Of a DNA stretch of 64,000 nt, positions 37,925 through 49,930 are shown piece by piece. The translations under genes and the position numbers were made by a program. The number at the start of each line of letters is the position of its first letter. The stretch's first letter is position 1. Below the pieces are notes generated by a model. That model was not told where the DNA came from, searched no databases, and was given only the letters and a program-made list of their open reading frames with translations. This stretch comes from Eledone cirrhosa (taxonomy: Eukaryota): NCBI GenBank assembly GCA_964016885.1, contig OZ024743.1, forward strand, positions 19,282,001 through 19,346,000, given 5' to 3'.

Positions 37925-39541
37925 GTTATTCCTTGAATCTCAGTCATTGATGTTGGTTAACTGGAAAGTCCGTTGGATTGAATATCAAGCCACTACCAGC
38001 AGCCTCAGATATTCAGGACGTATCGGCGGGTTCTTGCCGTTCCAAGCAAGCATGCCTTTTGAAGCGTTCCAAAAAGCGTGAAGGGGCCGATTTTCTTTAA
38101 CCATCCCTGGAAACCTTTGGAGATAGTCCCCAGTGCGCCTATGACAATCGGGATCACTTTGACTTCATGGCAGTTCCAAATCCTTTTCACCTCCCACTTT
38201 AGGTCCTGGTATCGGTTAATTTTCTCCCTCTCCTTCTCTTGCACTCTCGTGTCGAACGGGCAGGCCACATCCACAATCAGGCACGATCTTTTTTCTTTGT
38301 CCACAACCACCAGGTCAGGTCTATTGTGTTCCAGTTTTTTGTCCGTCTGTATCCTAAAATCCCACAGCACCTTCACCTGACTGTTCTCCATCACCGCCTC
38401 TGGCCTATGCTCATACCATTTCTCAGAATGTGGTAGATTGTTTACTTTGCACAGGTGCCAGTGGATCACCCTGCCCATCACATCGTGTCTCCAGCCCTTA
38501 TAGTGGGTCTGGGCTAGGTGTTTACACTCAGACACAATGTGAGCCACAGTCTCCTCTCTCTCTCCACAGATCCTGCACAGTGGGCTAGCCTCCTCCTTGT
38601 AGATATGGTGCTTCAACCACTTCGTTTTGAGGGCCTGCTCCTACGCAGCCATTAGCATTCCTTCTGTAGCCTTTTTGAGGTCTCCTCTTCTCAACCAGTT
38701 CCATGTCTGTGGATCTCTAAATTCAGTTTTCTCAAAGAAGGTACTATGAAGGGATTTTCCCTTAAGGCTGCTCTTCCTCCTTGATGTTATTTCCTCCTTG
38801 GATATCCCCTGGCCTACTGTCCCCTCCTTCAGTACAGCTCTGAGCATTGGCTCCTTACTATAGGTCACGTATTTGTATAGGTTGTTTTTCTCCATCTGAA
38901 CACAGTCCTCTATGCTGATAAGACCTCTTCCACCCTCAGATCTCCTTGGGTAGAGTCTATCGACATCACTCCTCTTGTGGAACATGTTGTAGATAGTCAA
39001 TAGCTTCCTAGTCTTCCTATCCATTTCTTTTTGTTCAGCAACATTCCATCTCAGAATTCCCGCACTGTACCTAATAATAGACACAGCTCGGGAATTTACT
39101 GCGCTTATGGCATTTCTGCTGTTCAGATGTGACTTCAATACGCTCCTTACTCTCCGAATGTATTCAGTTCTTAACAATTCCTTCATTTTTTTGTTCTTTA
39201 TGCCATCAGCCTCCAGAACGCCCAAATACTTGTATCCTTCCTCAGAGTCAATTTCCTTTATCATCTCACCTGTTGGTATCTGGATCCCGTTACTTCTGCT
39301 CAACCTACCCCTCCTCATCACAATGACTCCACATTTACCAATACCAAACTGCATACATATATCACTGCTGAAAATACGGACAGTGTCAACAAGCACATCC
39401 AACTCCTTCTCACTTTTCCCGAAGAGCTTAAGATCGTCCATGAAGAGGAGGTGATTGATGGTAAGCTCTCCCCTTCCCAACTTGTATCCTGCTCTCACTT
39501 TTCGCAGCATAATGGTCAAGGGCATCAGGGCAAGGACAAAC
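37925..39541 (-). mobile_element. R4/Dong family A copy 3, 5'-truncated
   Basis: Nearly identical to 28852-30467, with (TTA)n on both sides. Confidence 0.95.
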
Positions 39542-39580
<39 letters not shown>

Positions 39581-39581
<1 letters not shown>

Positions 39582-41203
39582 TGCATTTATCTTGCTTTAT
39601 GTTTATACGAGTTATCACCAAGTCACAACCAGTGACCTCAAGAGACAACAAGGTCCGCCTTGTTCAAGAAAGAACATACATATTCACACATGCATCCTTA
39701 GTGTTTAGACTTGTGATGTACTTATATTGACAGGATCTTCCTTAGTATATGGGCAGTTCCCATTAGTACTATCTTTTGTATTTCTCCTATACGCGTGTTT
39801 CCTGGGATTTGCGATAAGTAGTCGTTAGACCCCTTAGGTATCATTCCCAGAGCGCCTACAACCACTGGTATTGTTTTAGTTCTCAATTTCCACATTTTTC
39901 CAATTTCTATCTCCAGGTCCTTATACTTGCTCAATTTTTCAAATGTTTTTATAGATACATTCTTGTCTATTGGAACAGACATATCAAATAGCAGGCATAC
40001 CCTCCTTTGAAAGTCCTTCAATATTATATCAGGTCTATTTGCATCTATTTTTCGGTCTGTTTGGATGCTAAAGTTCCACAAGATTGAGATGTGATCTTTT
40101 TCAAGTATGGGAGGTGGTTGATGCTCCCACCAATTCTTTTGATGGGGCAGGTCAAAATGCTTACACATTATCCAATGTATGTATTGTGCAGCTCTGTCAT
40201 GCCTGTTTAGGTATTCGGTTGGAGCTATAGGACTGCACATTGAAATTATATGGTCAATGGTCTCTGGTTGTTTTTTGCATACACGGCATAATGGGCTGCA
40301 CCCATTTTTTATTATGTTGGCTTGGCAATTTTTTGTTGGCAGACACTGATCTTGTGCTGATATAATCAGTCCTTCAGTCTCCGATTTCAGTCCAGAGGAT
40401 GCCAACCACTGATGGGTTAAAGTTTTGTCAACATCAGGATTGTTAGCTCGCTCTGGGTATTTTCCATACAGAGGCTTTTCTTGCCATTTCTTAGCCAGTT
40501 TCTGTAGCAGTTCTTTCTTTGCAGTTACTTTTACCTGCTTTGCTTTTTCTGTGTTTTCCATTTCAGCAGTAAATGGGACTTCTGAAATTTGTAGTCCATT
40601 ACTGTATCTTTGTGCATCTTTTGTAATGGAATATGATCTGTTGGTGCTTTCGTGTTTCAAAACGAGTTTGATCATCCAATCATGTGATTCCCTTAGATAT
40701 GTGGATAATCCAATTGTTGCAGTTTTCAACGCAATGTCTAACTGGATTAACCACGTCCACCTTCTTTCCTAGGGAGATATATTCTATCTATGTCTGCCTT
40801 AGGGTGATGCATTCTGTGCATGGTTAAGAATTTTCGGATTTTTGTATCGAGCCTACGGATCTCTGTGCTTGACCAGTTGATGACATTGTAACTGTAGGTT
40901 ACTACTGGTATGGCAAGCGTGTTTATGCCATGGATCCTATTCCTTGCATTCAATTCCGTTCTTAAAATTGCTCTGATTCTGCGGTAACATTCCTTCCTTA
41001 TCCTTTCCCTCATTGTCGAGTGCTTGATTCCGTCTCCTTCACAAACACCTAGATATTTGTAAGTTTTTTCTTGATCAAGCTCTTTTATCACGTTCCCCCG
41101 ATCAAGATTAATGTCTGAACTCTTCAGCAGCTTTCCTCTGGTGAACGTTGCTTTGGCGCATTTATCCAGTCCAAACTCCATCTTAATGTCATCACTGAAC
41201 TGC
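39581..41203 (-). mobile_element. R4/Dong family B copy 2, 5'-truncated
   Basis: Nearly identical to 33535-35158, with (TTA)n on both sides. Confidence 0.95.
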
Positions 41204-41264
<61 letters not shown>

Positions 41265-41278
41265 CATTATTATATATA

Positions 41279-41317
<39 letters not shown>

Positions 41318-41885
41318 CTATATGTGTGTATGCATGCGTGTGTGTGTGTGATGAATTAGAAAGCTGTATGTTTCATAATTTCTACATTCTATTTCTTATG
41401 TAATCTCTGTAATAAGCATTTCGATATTTTCTATCATATAAAATTAGCTTGGGTGGAGAAAAGGCATCTCTGACGTCTATGCCTGTAAAGAACTGATTAT
41501 ATGACATCTGATGATTACATAACTGGTACCATCGAGATACGTATAACTGTGATTACATAACAATTAGCTTGTGCTGAAATTCAAACTTACTATACCAACG
41601 TATGGCCGAAAGCACATCTACACGATACTATCATAACGATGGAAATATAATATATCGAGTGTTGAATCCTGCTTACACACATATTTATTAACATGTAATA
41701 ACACACGGGCGCACTCACACACACACACGGACACACGGACACCCACACACACACACACGGACACACATACACACACACATACACGGACACACACTCACAT
41801 ATATATATATACATACATACATACATACATACATACATACATACACACATACATACATACATACATACATACATACATACATACA

Positions 41886-41916
<31 letters not shown>

Positions 41917-42539
41917 GCTTGCATTCATACAATCATACATACTTACATACTATCATTCCTATATACAATGTTCAGCTTCGTCGGCGTTAGGAATTTTTTA
42001 TTGGTAAAATATATATTTTGTTTGTAGGCTGTAGGAAATGTATTTTTGATGATTTACTCATATTACATCTTCGGGGTGAGGGATAGGAAATTTTAATTCC
42101 TTACATAGTACATCAAATCGAGGAAATAGTGAAGAATTACCGTTTGCAAAACCTCGAGTGATTATTATTCTGAGAGAAGAAAGAAAGATAAATTAAACAA
42201 GATGCGGAGTTAAATAGATAGATAGATTTCTTTATTTACCATAAAGGCATAACAAGAAGGGACAAATACAAAGGGGGAATTTACATAATACCGAGTAAAA
42301 AGGGTATAAAATGAAAATAATCGAAAACAACCTCAAAAGGGAGGGGACGTGATGGGGGTTGCACACACACCCCGAAAAAGTGTGCAATCCTTTGCCCGGG
42401 GAGCACATGGAGAAGGTGCTTCCCTCTCCTTCGCTTCTTTACCTACAGGATGGTATACAGAGAAAGCCCATTTACACGAGCCATTCTCGCCACTATCACC
42501 CACCTTTCATAAAACTGCCTGTGGCCAAGCACCTCTCAC

Positions 42540-45500
42540 TCCATTCTTATCCTTCTTGCGAAGTGATATCGGAAGAAGTAGACCAGACTATGGCCTGAGA
42601 GGAAGTTGCCTTACCTTAGACCTTTCAATCGTGTCCACCAAACAACCTCTTTCAACATGGCTATTACGCACAGAAAAACCGCCTTTGCTTCCTTTGTGAA
42701 GAGGGGAGGCGGTTTGATTGTCATCACGGACTCGGCGGTCAATCGAATCGGCGCCACCCGCGACAGCAGTCGTTCGGCGTAGCTCCACAGATCAGCCACG
42801 CCCGGACATTGCACCAATGCGTGCGGAACGGTTTCTTCGTGACGCACGCATCTAGGGCAAATCTTTTTCAAAGGATCCCTGCCCGGGCGCCGGTGTCTGT
42901 AGAGCCTCTCTCGAACGAGTAGAGCCCGGCGGTAGCACTGCTAGGCTAGGGACTTCTGGAAGGTGTCCATTGGTCCCGGGCCGAAGGTCCTACCGAACAG
43001 GCTGGCCAATTCGTCTTCTTCCATGTCCAGCGACTCTCCAAGTGTGTCATCGCCCCTGCTAGCCACCAGACCTCTATAGAATGATGAGGTGGATTCTCCA
43101 CCGATGGCCGGGCCCGCTTGCCAGAGAGCCCTGAGCGCCTGGGCACACTCAGTGTGCCAGTCTCCCAGTTTTCCGGATCTTTGCTTGACCCAGGACTGCA
43201 GCTCGGTGAGCGAGACGAGTCTCGGAAAGGCTCGTTTCACGAACGGAGCCCACACCGGTTGACCAGTGAGGAATACCTGTAGGTGCCGTAGCCTTAATGC
43301 GTGCCTACGCATCATCAACCACGGCATCCCCAGCCGTCCTTTCGAAGGTTGTTGGCAGCAGATGGATCTTCTCACCATAGGAGGGCGCTTCTTCCAAAGA
43401 AATTGGAAGAGCATGCGTTCCATGGTGGTGAATGTTTCCTTAGAGGAAGGCACGACAGTCAGGCGGTATTAAGTGACGGTGGCTATGTAAATGTTCGCCA
43501 CCTCCGCCCGACCTTTTACGGACAGCTTACACTTGGCCCATTTCTGTGTTAGTGCAAACACCTTGTTTGTAACCTCGTCCCAGTTCTTTTCCACCTGGAG
43601 GTCCGGTCCAAACCAGACCCCAAGCAACTTCACCGGGCCCTCCGTCCAGTGTCCGACGACACCGTCGGGAGGCATCGGTCTGCCTCTCCACGTTCCGAGT
43701 TGCAGCCCGATGGGTTCAGTTTCGCTCCTGACAACCTTTCGTAATCCTCCAGTAAGGTACCGATCGCCTCGATCTCCGAGTCTGTCGATACCATTACTGT
43801 TACGTCATCGGCGTAGGCCGACACTGCTTTGCTCAATCCTGGTTCCAGGGGGATACCCTGCAACAACTCCAACTTCCTCAGTAAAGGCTCGAGAGTCAAT
43901 ACGTACAGAAGGGAGGAGAGAGGGCAACCCTGTCGAATGGATCGTGTGATTTCGAACGGCTTCGAAAAGTAGCCGTTCACCTTGATCCTAGAACAGATGT
44001 GGTTGCTATGTAAGGCAGTGATCCAGCCTCTGAAAACAGGACCAAACCCAGCCGCCGCTAGCACCGCATCCAGGTAACCATGGTCGACCCTATCGAATGC
44101 CTTAGACTCATCCAAGTTGATCAGGGCCCCACCGAAGCCGGGTTTGTTGCCAACCCTCTCTATGATGTATCGCATGAGTTGGAGGTTATCGTGAATGGAC
44201 CTGGATGGGATAGCACATGTCTGCGCATCTCCCACCAGGCCACCCACGACAAGCGCCAACCTCTTTGCTAACACCTTGGCCAAAATCTTTAACTCTGTGT
44301 TTTGCAGGGTTATGGGCCGAAAATTATTTATACTATCCCCCTTGTTCTCGTCCTTCCTCACCAGCGAGACTACGCCCTTGGCTACAGAACAAGGAATTCT
44401 CCCGTTCTGCTGCACAGCACCGCCACCACCACCGCCGCCGCTGCCTCAATAGCGCTTTGAGGAGTTCGGAGAAGAAGACCGGCATTGCTAAATAAAGTTC
44501 GTAAGGTATACCATCGAGACCTGGAGCTTTGCGTCTGCTGCATTGGCTCAGCGCATCCCCGAGCTCATTAGCCGAGATTGGTCCCTCGCAGGACTCTGCC
44601 TCTTCGCTCGAGAGACACGGCAGGCCGTCGAGGTATGGACCGAAATCCACGTCCTCGCCCGGACCCTCGCCTCCCCCGAATAATCGGGCAAAGTGCCTTT
44701 GATAGCCCTCGCACATCTGCTTAGGCTCCCGGATTACCCGTCCATCCTCGTCTTGCAAAGACCGGATGGTGGATCGATTTCCACTCTTAGCTTCTGTCAG
44801 CGGGCCCAGCCAACGGCTTTGGCCCCCTCATCACCTAGAGCACGTATTTTACTTCGAATGACGCAGACTTCGTGCTTTGCATCGAAAAACTGGCTCAAGG
44901 CCGTCCCCGATGCCAGCACTCTGGCCACATCTTCGCTCTTGATTGCCTCTTCTAATTTACCTGTTAATTATTTCTCGTTTCTATTCCTATCGTCAGCTAA
45001 CATCTTGCTATAACATATTGATTCTGTTCTAATCTCTCTTTTGAGAGATTCCCACCATCGATTGTTGACGATTGCACCCGTTAACCTCTCCTTAACTAAT
45101 CTGCTAATCCGGTTTCTGTAAGTCTCTTTTGCCGGTTAAGACAAATTAAGTTTCCAGTAACCGGGGCCCTGTTTATGTGTTTTCTCAAGATTGACTTCGC
45201 AGGTCACTAATTTGTGATCCGTATAGCCAACCGTGAGCATTTCTGGACAGCTTAATATGTCCCTATCTTTACTTCTAATTACGAATCTATCTAAGTACGA
45301 TCTAGAATGACCACTGTGGTTCGTCCAAGTCCAGGTTGGCACAGTTGGAAAATCTAGTCGATATCTATCGACCAAGTTGAAATGGTCGAGTAACCCCTTG
45401 AGGCTGTTACACCCCCCTCTATTAGGACATGCTCCTGCATAGTCCAACGTGCATCTAGGATGTCATTCCAATCCCCCGAGAGAAGCAGGGAACGCGACGT

Positions 45501-45893
45501 TCCCAGAAAAGTCTCCAGACGCTGGAAGAAGTCGGGTCGTTCAGCTCCGAAAGGGGAGTAGACGGCGACCAGTCTCAAGGCCGCACCTTCACTACTTTCA
45601 ACGTCTAGCACCAACAAACGACCCTCCGGGTCCGAGTGAACAACCTGTACGGCGAGACCCAGGTGTTTTTCCAGCAGTACGACAACCCCACCTCCACCTC
45701 CAGGTTGACAGAAAGATGCATGCACCTCAAAGTCATCGAAGGTAGGCGCCAGCTGCCGCACGACGCTGATCCGAGTCTCACAGATAACCATTATATTTAT
45801 ACCACGTGACCTGAGGTCATTTAGAAGCTTTGTGTGCTTCCAAGTTGAGCCCAGGCCACGTGCATTCAAACATCCTACTCTTAACACATCCAT
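42540..45893 (-). pseudogene. Tx1-like ORF2 (APE endonuclease, RT, C-terminal Zn finger), frameshifted
   Basis: CLNARGL, GDWN, SYLDRF and TDHK (APE); KAPGLDG, NFRPITL, KAFDRVDH, RQGCPLS and AYADDV (RT); CPRCVRHEETVPHALVQC. Confidence 0.92.
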
Positions 45894-45926
45894 GTGGGCG
45901 GCAAAGCCAAAGGAGAGTGTAGAGAC

Positions 45927-47486
45927 CTACCTTTCTGCTTCCCGGGGTTCGGGTCGCATGACTTCCATGGGGCCGGGGGTGTTGGGTGAAGGGGTGTATT
46001 GTGGTGGTGTGGGGTCGTCAGTGTGTGGTGGGGTTGGGGTGTTTGGAGTTGTGTTGGGGAGAGGAAGGGGAGGGGGAAAGCTTTTTAGTAGGACGCTGTT
46101 TATGGGTTTGACAGAGGGTGGTCCTACGTCCTCCTTAAAATCCTTTTTTAGTTTTTGGTAGAGGTTCATTGGGATCTTTATTAATTTTAAATGTGGGTAG
46201 TTTTCTGAAGAAACAAAGTTTACACCTTCGGTTTGTACAGAAGGGTTATTGTTTATGAGTTCATTTAATTTATTATTGTTTCTGTTGATGTAAGTATAGT
46301 GTAATGTCTTTTTTTCCGATGGTGTGAGTGTTTCGAAGAGGGGAGGGGCAGGTTTGGTTTTGTTTATTGCTGGAGGGGTGTTTTGTGTTTTGTTGGATTG
46401 TGTTGACATTTGGGTAGGGATTGTTTGGCCTTGTGTGTTTTGCACATGTTTTCTTTTTTTCCTTTTAATCTGTCTGAAGGACTCCGTTTCTTCCTCCGAA
46501 TTCGTTGGCTTATCTTCAGTGTTGGAGGGAAGAGGTATGTTTGCTGGTAATGTTTCCGTGTTGGTTTTCTTTGTGGGGGAGATGGATGTCACTATGTTAG
46601 ACTGTGCTGTGTGTTGTGGCTGCGGTGGTTGTGTTGTTTTATTGAGTGAGGGGTTGGGTGGGGCTGTGTTTTGTTTTTGGGTAATGTGTTGTGACTGTTT
46701 GTGTTGTGGTGGTGGTGTAGTTTTACTGAGGGACGGGTTGGGTGGGACTGAGTTTTGTTGTTTGTTTATCTGTTGTGGTGGTGGTGGAGCTGGTGTTGGT
46801 AGCAGGGTTTTCTTCTTGTTGAGTTGGGGACAAGCCGCCTTCAGGTGCCCTCTGCCTGCACAGATATGACAGGATGGCCTTCTTCCCTCCACGCTAATAT
46901 TTATATACCCGTGGCCCTCTAATAGGATTCTGTCGGGTATTTGGGCAATGCGTTCAGGCTTCATTTGCACTACACGTTCTATACCTATTCCACTGAAAGC
47001 ATTGCCTGTGGTTTTCCCAATGGAAATCACGTTGTCATTCGCTGGATCGATGAAGCCAGCTATGAGCCAGCAGTAGTCCACATCTGGCACCATCGCATCC
47101 AGCCATATGCGCTGAGTTCTTTTACCCATATAAGATGGATAAAAGGTAAAATTTGTCGAACGAATCGGCGACAAAGCATATTTGTTTGCCGCCGATTCGT
47201 TCTTCATAATAATGGCCAGGCTTCCATACAGCCTGTCTCTTCTTATGAAAGTGGTTTCATTAAGTACTTCTGTAAGTACTGCTTTGATTTCTGTTTGTGT
47301 TGGTTGTTGAGGTTTTTTAGAAATGTTGTTGATGGTGCGGAAAACGACCGTCCGACTTTCAATGTCTTTGGTGAGTTCTTGAGGCATTTTTACCGATAAA
47401 ATACCATTTTTCCCTTGAGTTATGTATTGTTTGGCGTTTTTAATTCTTTGTGCCACATCTGAAATATTTTCAGGTATATATGTCAA
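45927..47486 (-). CDS. Tx1-like ORF1 (gag-like, zinc knuckle CHICAGRGHLKAAC, Pro/Gln/Thr-rich tail)
   Basis: 519 aa open frame directly upstream of ORF2. The true start may lie further upstream. Confidence 0.8.
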   Translation of the reverse strand: MTYIPENISDVAQRIKNAKQYITQGKNGILSVKMPQELTKDIESRTVVFRTINNISKKPQQPTQTEIKAVLTEVLNETTFIRRDRLYGSLAIIMKNESAANKYALSPIRSTNFTFYPSYMGKRTQRIWLDAMVPDVDYCWLIAGFIDPANDNVISIGKTTGNAFSGIGIERVVQMKPERIAQIPDRILLEGHGYINISVEGRRPSCHICAGRGHLKAACPQLNKKKTLLPTPAPPPPQQINKQQNSVPPNPSLSKTTPPPQHKQSQHITQKQNTAPPNPSLNKTTQPPQPQHTAQSNIVTSISPTKKTNTETLPANIPLPSNTEDKPTNSEEETESFRQIKRKKRKHVQNTQGQTIPTQMSTQSNKTQNTPPAINKTKPAPPLFETLTPSEKKTLHYTYINRNNNKLNELINNNPSVQTEGVNFVSSENYPHLKLIKIPMNLYQKLKKDFKEDVGPPSVKPINSVLLKSFPPPLPLPNTTPNTPTPPHTDDPTPPQYTPSPNTPGPMEVMRPEPREAER

Positions 47487-48061
47487 ATATTTCTTTGTTG
47501 TTTGTGCAAATGAAATATTATTGGTGTTGACTTTGTCGTCTGCTTTGCTTTCTGTTATGATGTTATTTTTGTGTTTGTTGTGTCTTTGTTTGTGGTATTA
47601 ATATTGTCATGCAATTTTTCAATTTTTTTTTGTTGTTGGAATTAATGTCCAGATTTGTGTTTTCGTCATTTTTCTCGGCACATTCGTCTGTTTTTATTTT
47701 ATTTTTTCTTTCCTTCTCCATGACGTTAGTTGGGAAGGAAGGGGGGGGGGACTAAAGAGTGCGAGCTTACAACTCTTACCGCTGTCCCCCACCACTATTT
47801 TCGTTAGATTCGTTTAACATTTCTGTCAGACGATTGAAATTTTATGCCACAAAATTTAAAAAAACAGGTTTTTCACCCCTGGGAGGGGCGAAGATGAGCT
47901 GACCCACCGCCTGACAGTTCAGACGGGGGGGTCAAGCTACACAATAGTATCAAAATTAAAATTGAACTTACAAAATTTCCGCAATAAATTGGAACAAAAC
48001 TTCTGCGCGAAGTGAATTACATCTACGCTGTAGAACAGACGACAGCTAGATTAGGAGTTAA

Positions 48062-48146
<85 letters not shown>
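48062..48146 (+). repeat. (GATA)n microsatellite
   Basis: Seen directly. Confidence 0.97.
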
Positions 48147-48819
48147 CATACGTACAGAGAGACAGATGGATAGATAAATAGATATTTTGAGAGTATCCCA
48201 CTAGAGTTTGATAATGAATATAGCAGGGAAAGGGTAGGTAAATTCTTTGTGTTAGACAGTTAGGATTTATTGAAACATCACATTATTCAGTGTGTTCAAC
48301 AACCGGTCTATTACAATACATACACACATATGCCCGAATACCTGACATAGAACATATCTTGCGTGATCCGATAAACAAACAAACATCATCGCGTGATAAA
48401 CAGGTTCACTTACAACAATGAGATACTAGTTTCGATCTTAAAATTTGGCTTCTTGGGCAAGTGTTTTCCTTCCATTTTCCCGATCGAGCTAGATCTTGTG
48501 AATGTAAATGTTGAGAAATTAACTCTATCTACTGGCCTTATCACCTTTTGTGCCGATGTAAGTGGATATGGCATTCACTTTAGGAATACATGCATATCTC
48601 AATACATTATATAACGAATTTACTTTCTAGTTTTACCAATGTATATAAAACCAATATATGTTTCTCCGCACTCTTGCTGTATTCCCCTGGTCAAAAAGAT
48701 GCACATCTTGCTAACAGGATCATGAATTATATTTGGGGGAAACATTTCTCATCCTAGCACAGCTGATGCATACATGTATGTATGTACACGTACACACACA
48801 TATATATATATATGTATAT

Positions 48820-48871
<52 letters not shown>

Positions 48872-48920
48872 GCACACATACACATACAGACATATATATA
48901 TATATATATATGTGTTTGCA

Positions 48921-48971
<51 letters not shown>

Positions 48972-49305
48972 GCACACACATATAGATATATATACATATT
49001 TACGTATGGGTTATGTCAAACATTAATACTAATGTCCGATTCGTCTGTAAACAAACGACCCGATTTGAAGCTGAGCTATGCCGGTGACCGACGTCACCTG
49101 TCTGTTCAAGACTGACTGTATCTAAATTTAATATTATATTGTTATTGTTAAACTCTGAATATGAATGCCACGAAATAACGCATTTGGTTTCTCTATATCT
49201 GTTCTAATTATGACATATTCCGGCTCTAGTTTTCGGCAACATCAGTTTGTTTAGAACCAGTAATTTTTCGATGACGACCAACGAAAAGTATTGCTAAATC
49301 CATTG

Positions 49306-49341
<36 letters not shown>

Positions 49342-49599
49342 AACACACACAGACACACACACACACAAACACACACACACAAACACACACACACACATGC
49401 ATCTTTATAGTTAAAATAATTGGTAACATATATCACTTTATAAATAGTGTATATTCTAAATTAAGAAAATAATACGTATTATTTCAAAGAAAACAAAGAA
49501 ATATATAATTATAATGCTAGAAATGGAAAGGTACCCCTGCTAGATTTAATCTACTTCAATCATAAGATGACATGACTATCTTCCATTTTGCAGTGGTTA

Positions 49600-49930
49600 A
49601 CTCCACGTCTCGAATGCCACATGCAGCGACACATTTTCCAGCTGCAACCTGGTGCTATCTGTGACTAACCCAGGCTCTGCTGTACTTCGGGCTGAAGAAA
49701 GTAAACTCTCCAAATATCGGTCACTCTCCGACAGGTTTCCAGTCAAGCTCGTAGCAGTGGGAATTTCTGGTCCCCTTGGCCCAAGAGCCACCTTCTACTC
49801 ACCATCATTGGCACAGAGTAGCCTACCCACAGGTGTGAGCAAAACGCTGGAATGGTTCTTGCAGCGCGTTTCCCTCACCGTCTTCCGTGGATGCGCCTCC
49901 TCTAATCAGTCCACCAGGCCTGCGGGATGG
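49600..49930 (+). mobile_element. CRE-like non-LTR retrotransposon RLE C-terminal remnant
   Basis: NATCSDTF..PGSAVLRAEESKLSKYRSLSDRF..GPLGPRA..WFLQRVSLTVFRG resembles the CRE-clade C-terminus. Confidence 0.65.

Larger units (their letters stand above)
42228..48053 (-). mobile_element. Full-length Tx1/L1-clade non-LTR retrotransposon with target-site duplication
   Basis: ORF1 has a CCHC knuckle and ORF2 is APE-RT-Zn finger. AATAAA lies at the 3' end. The direct repeat GGAGTTAAATAGATAGATAGAT occurs at 42206-42227 and 48054-48075. Confidence 0.92.
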
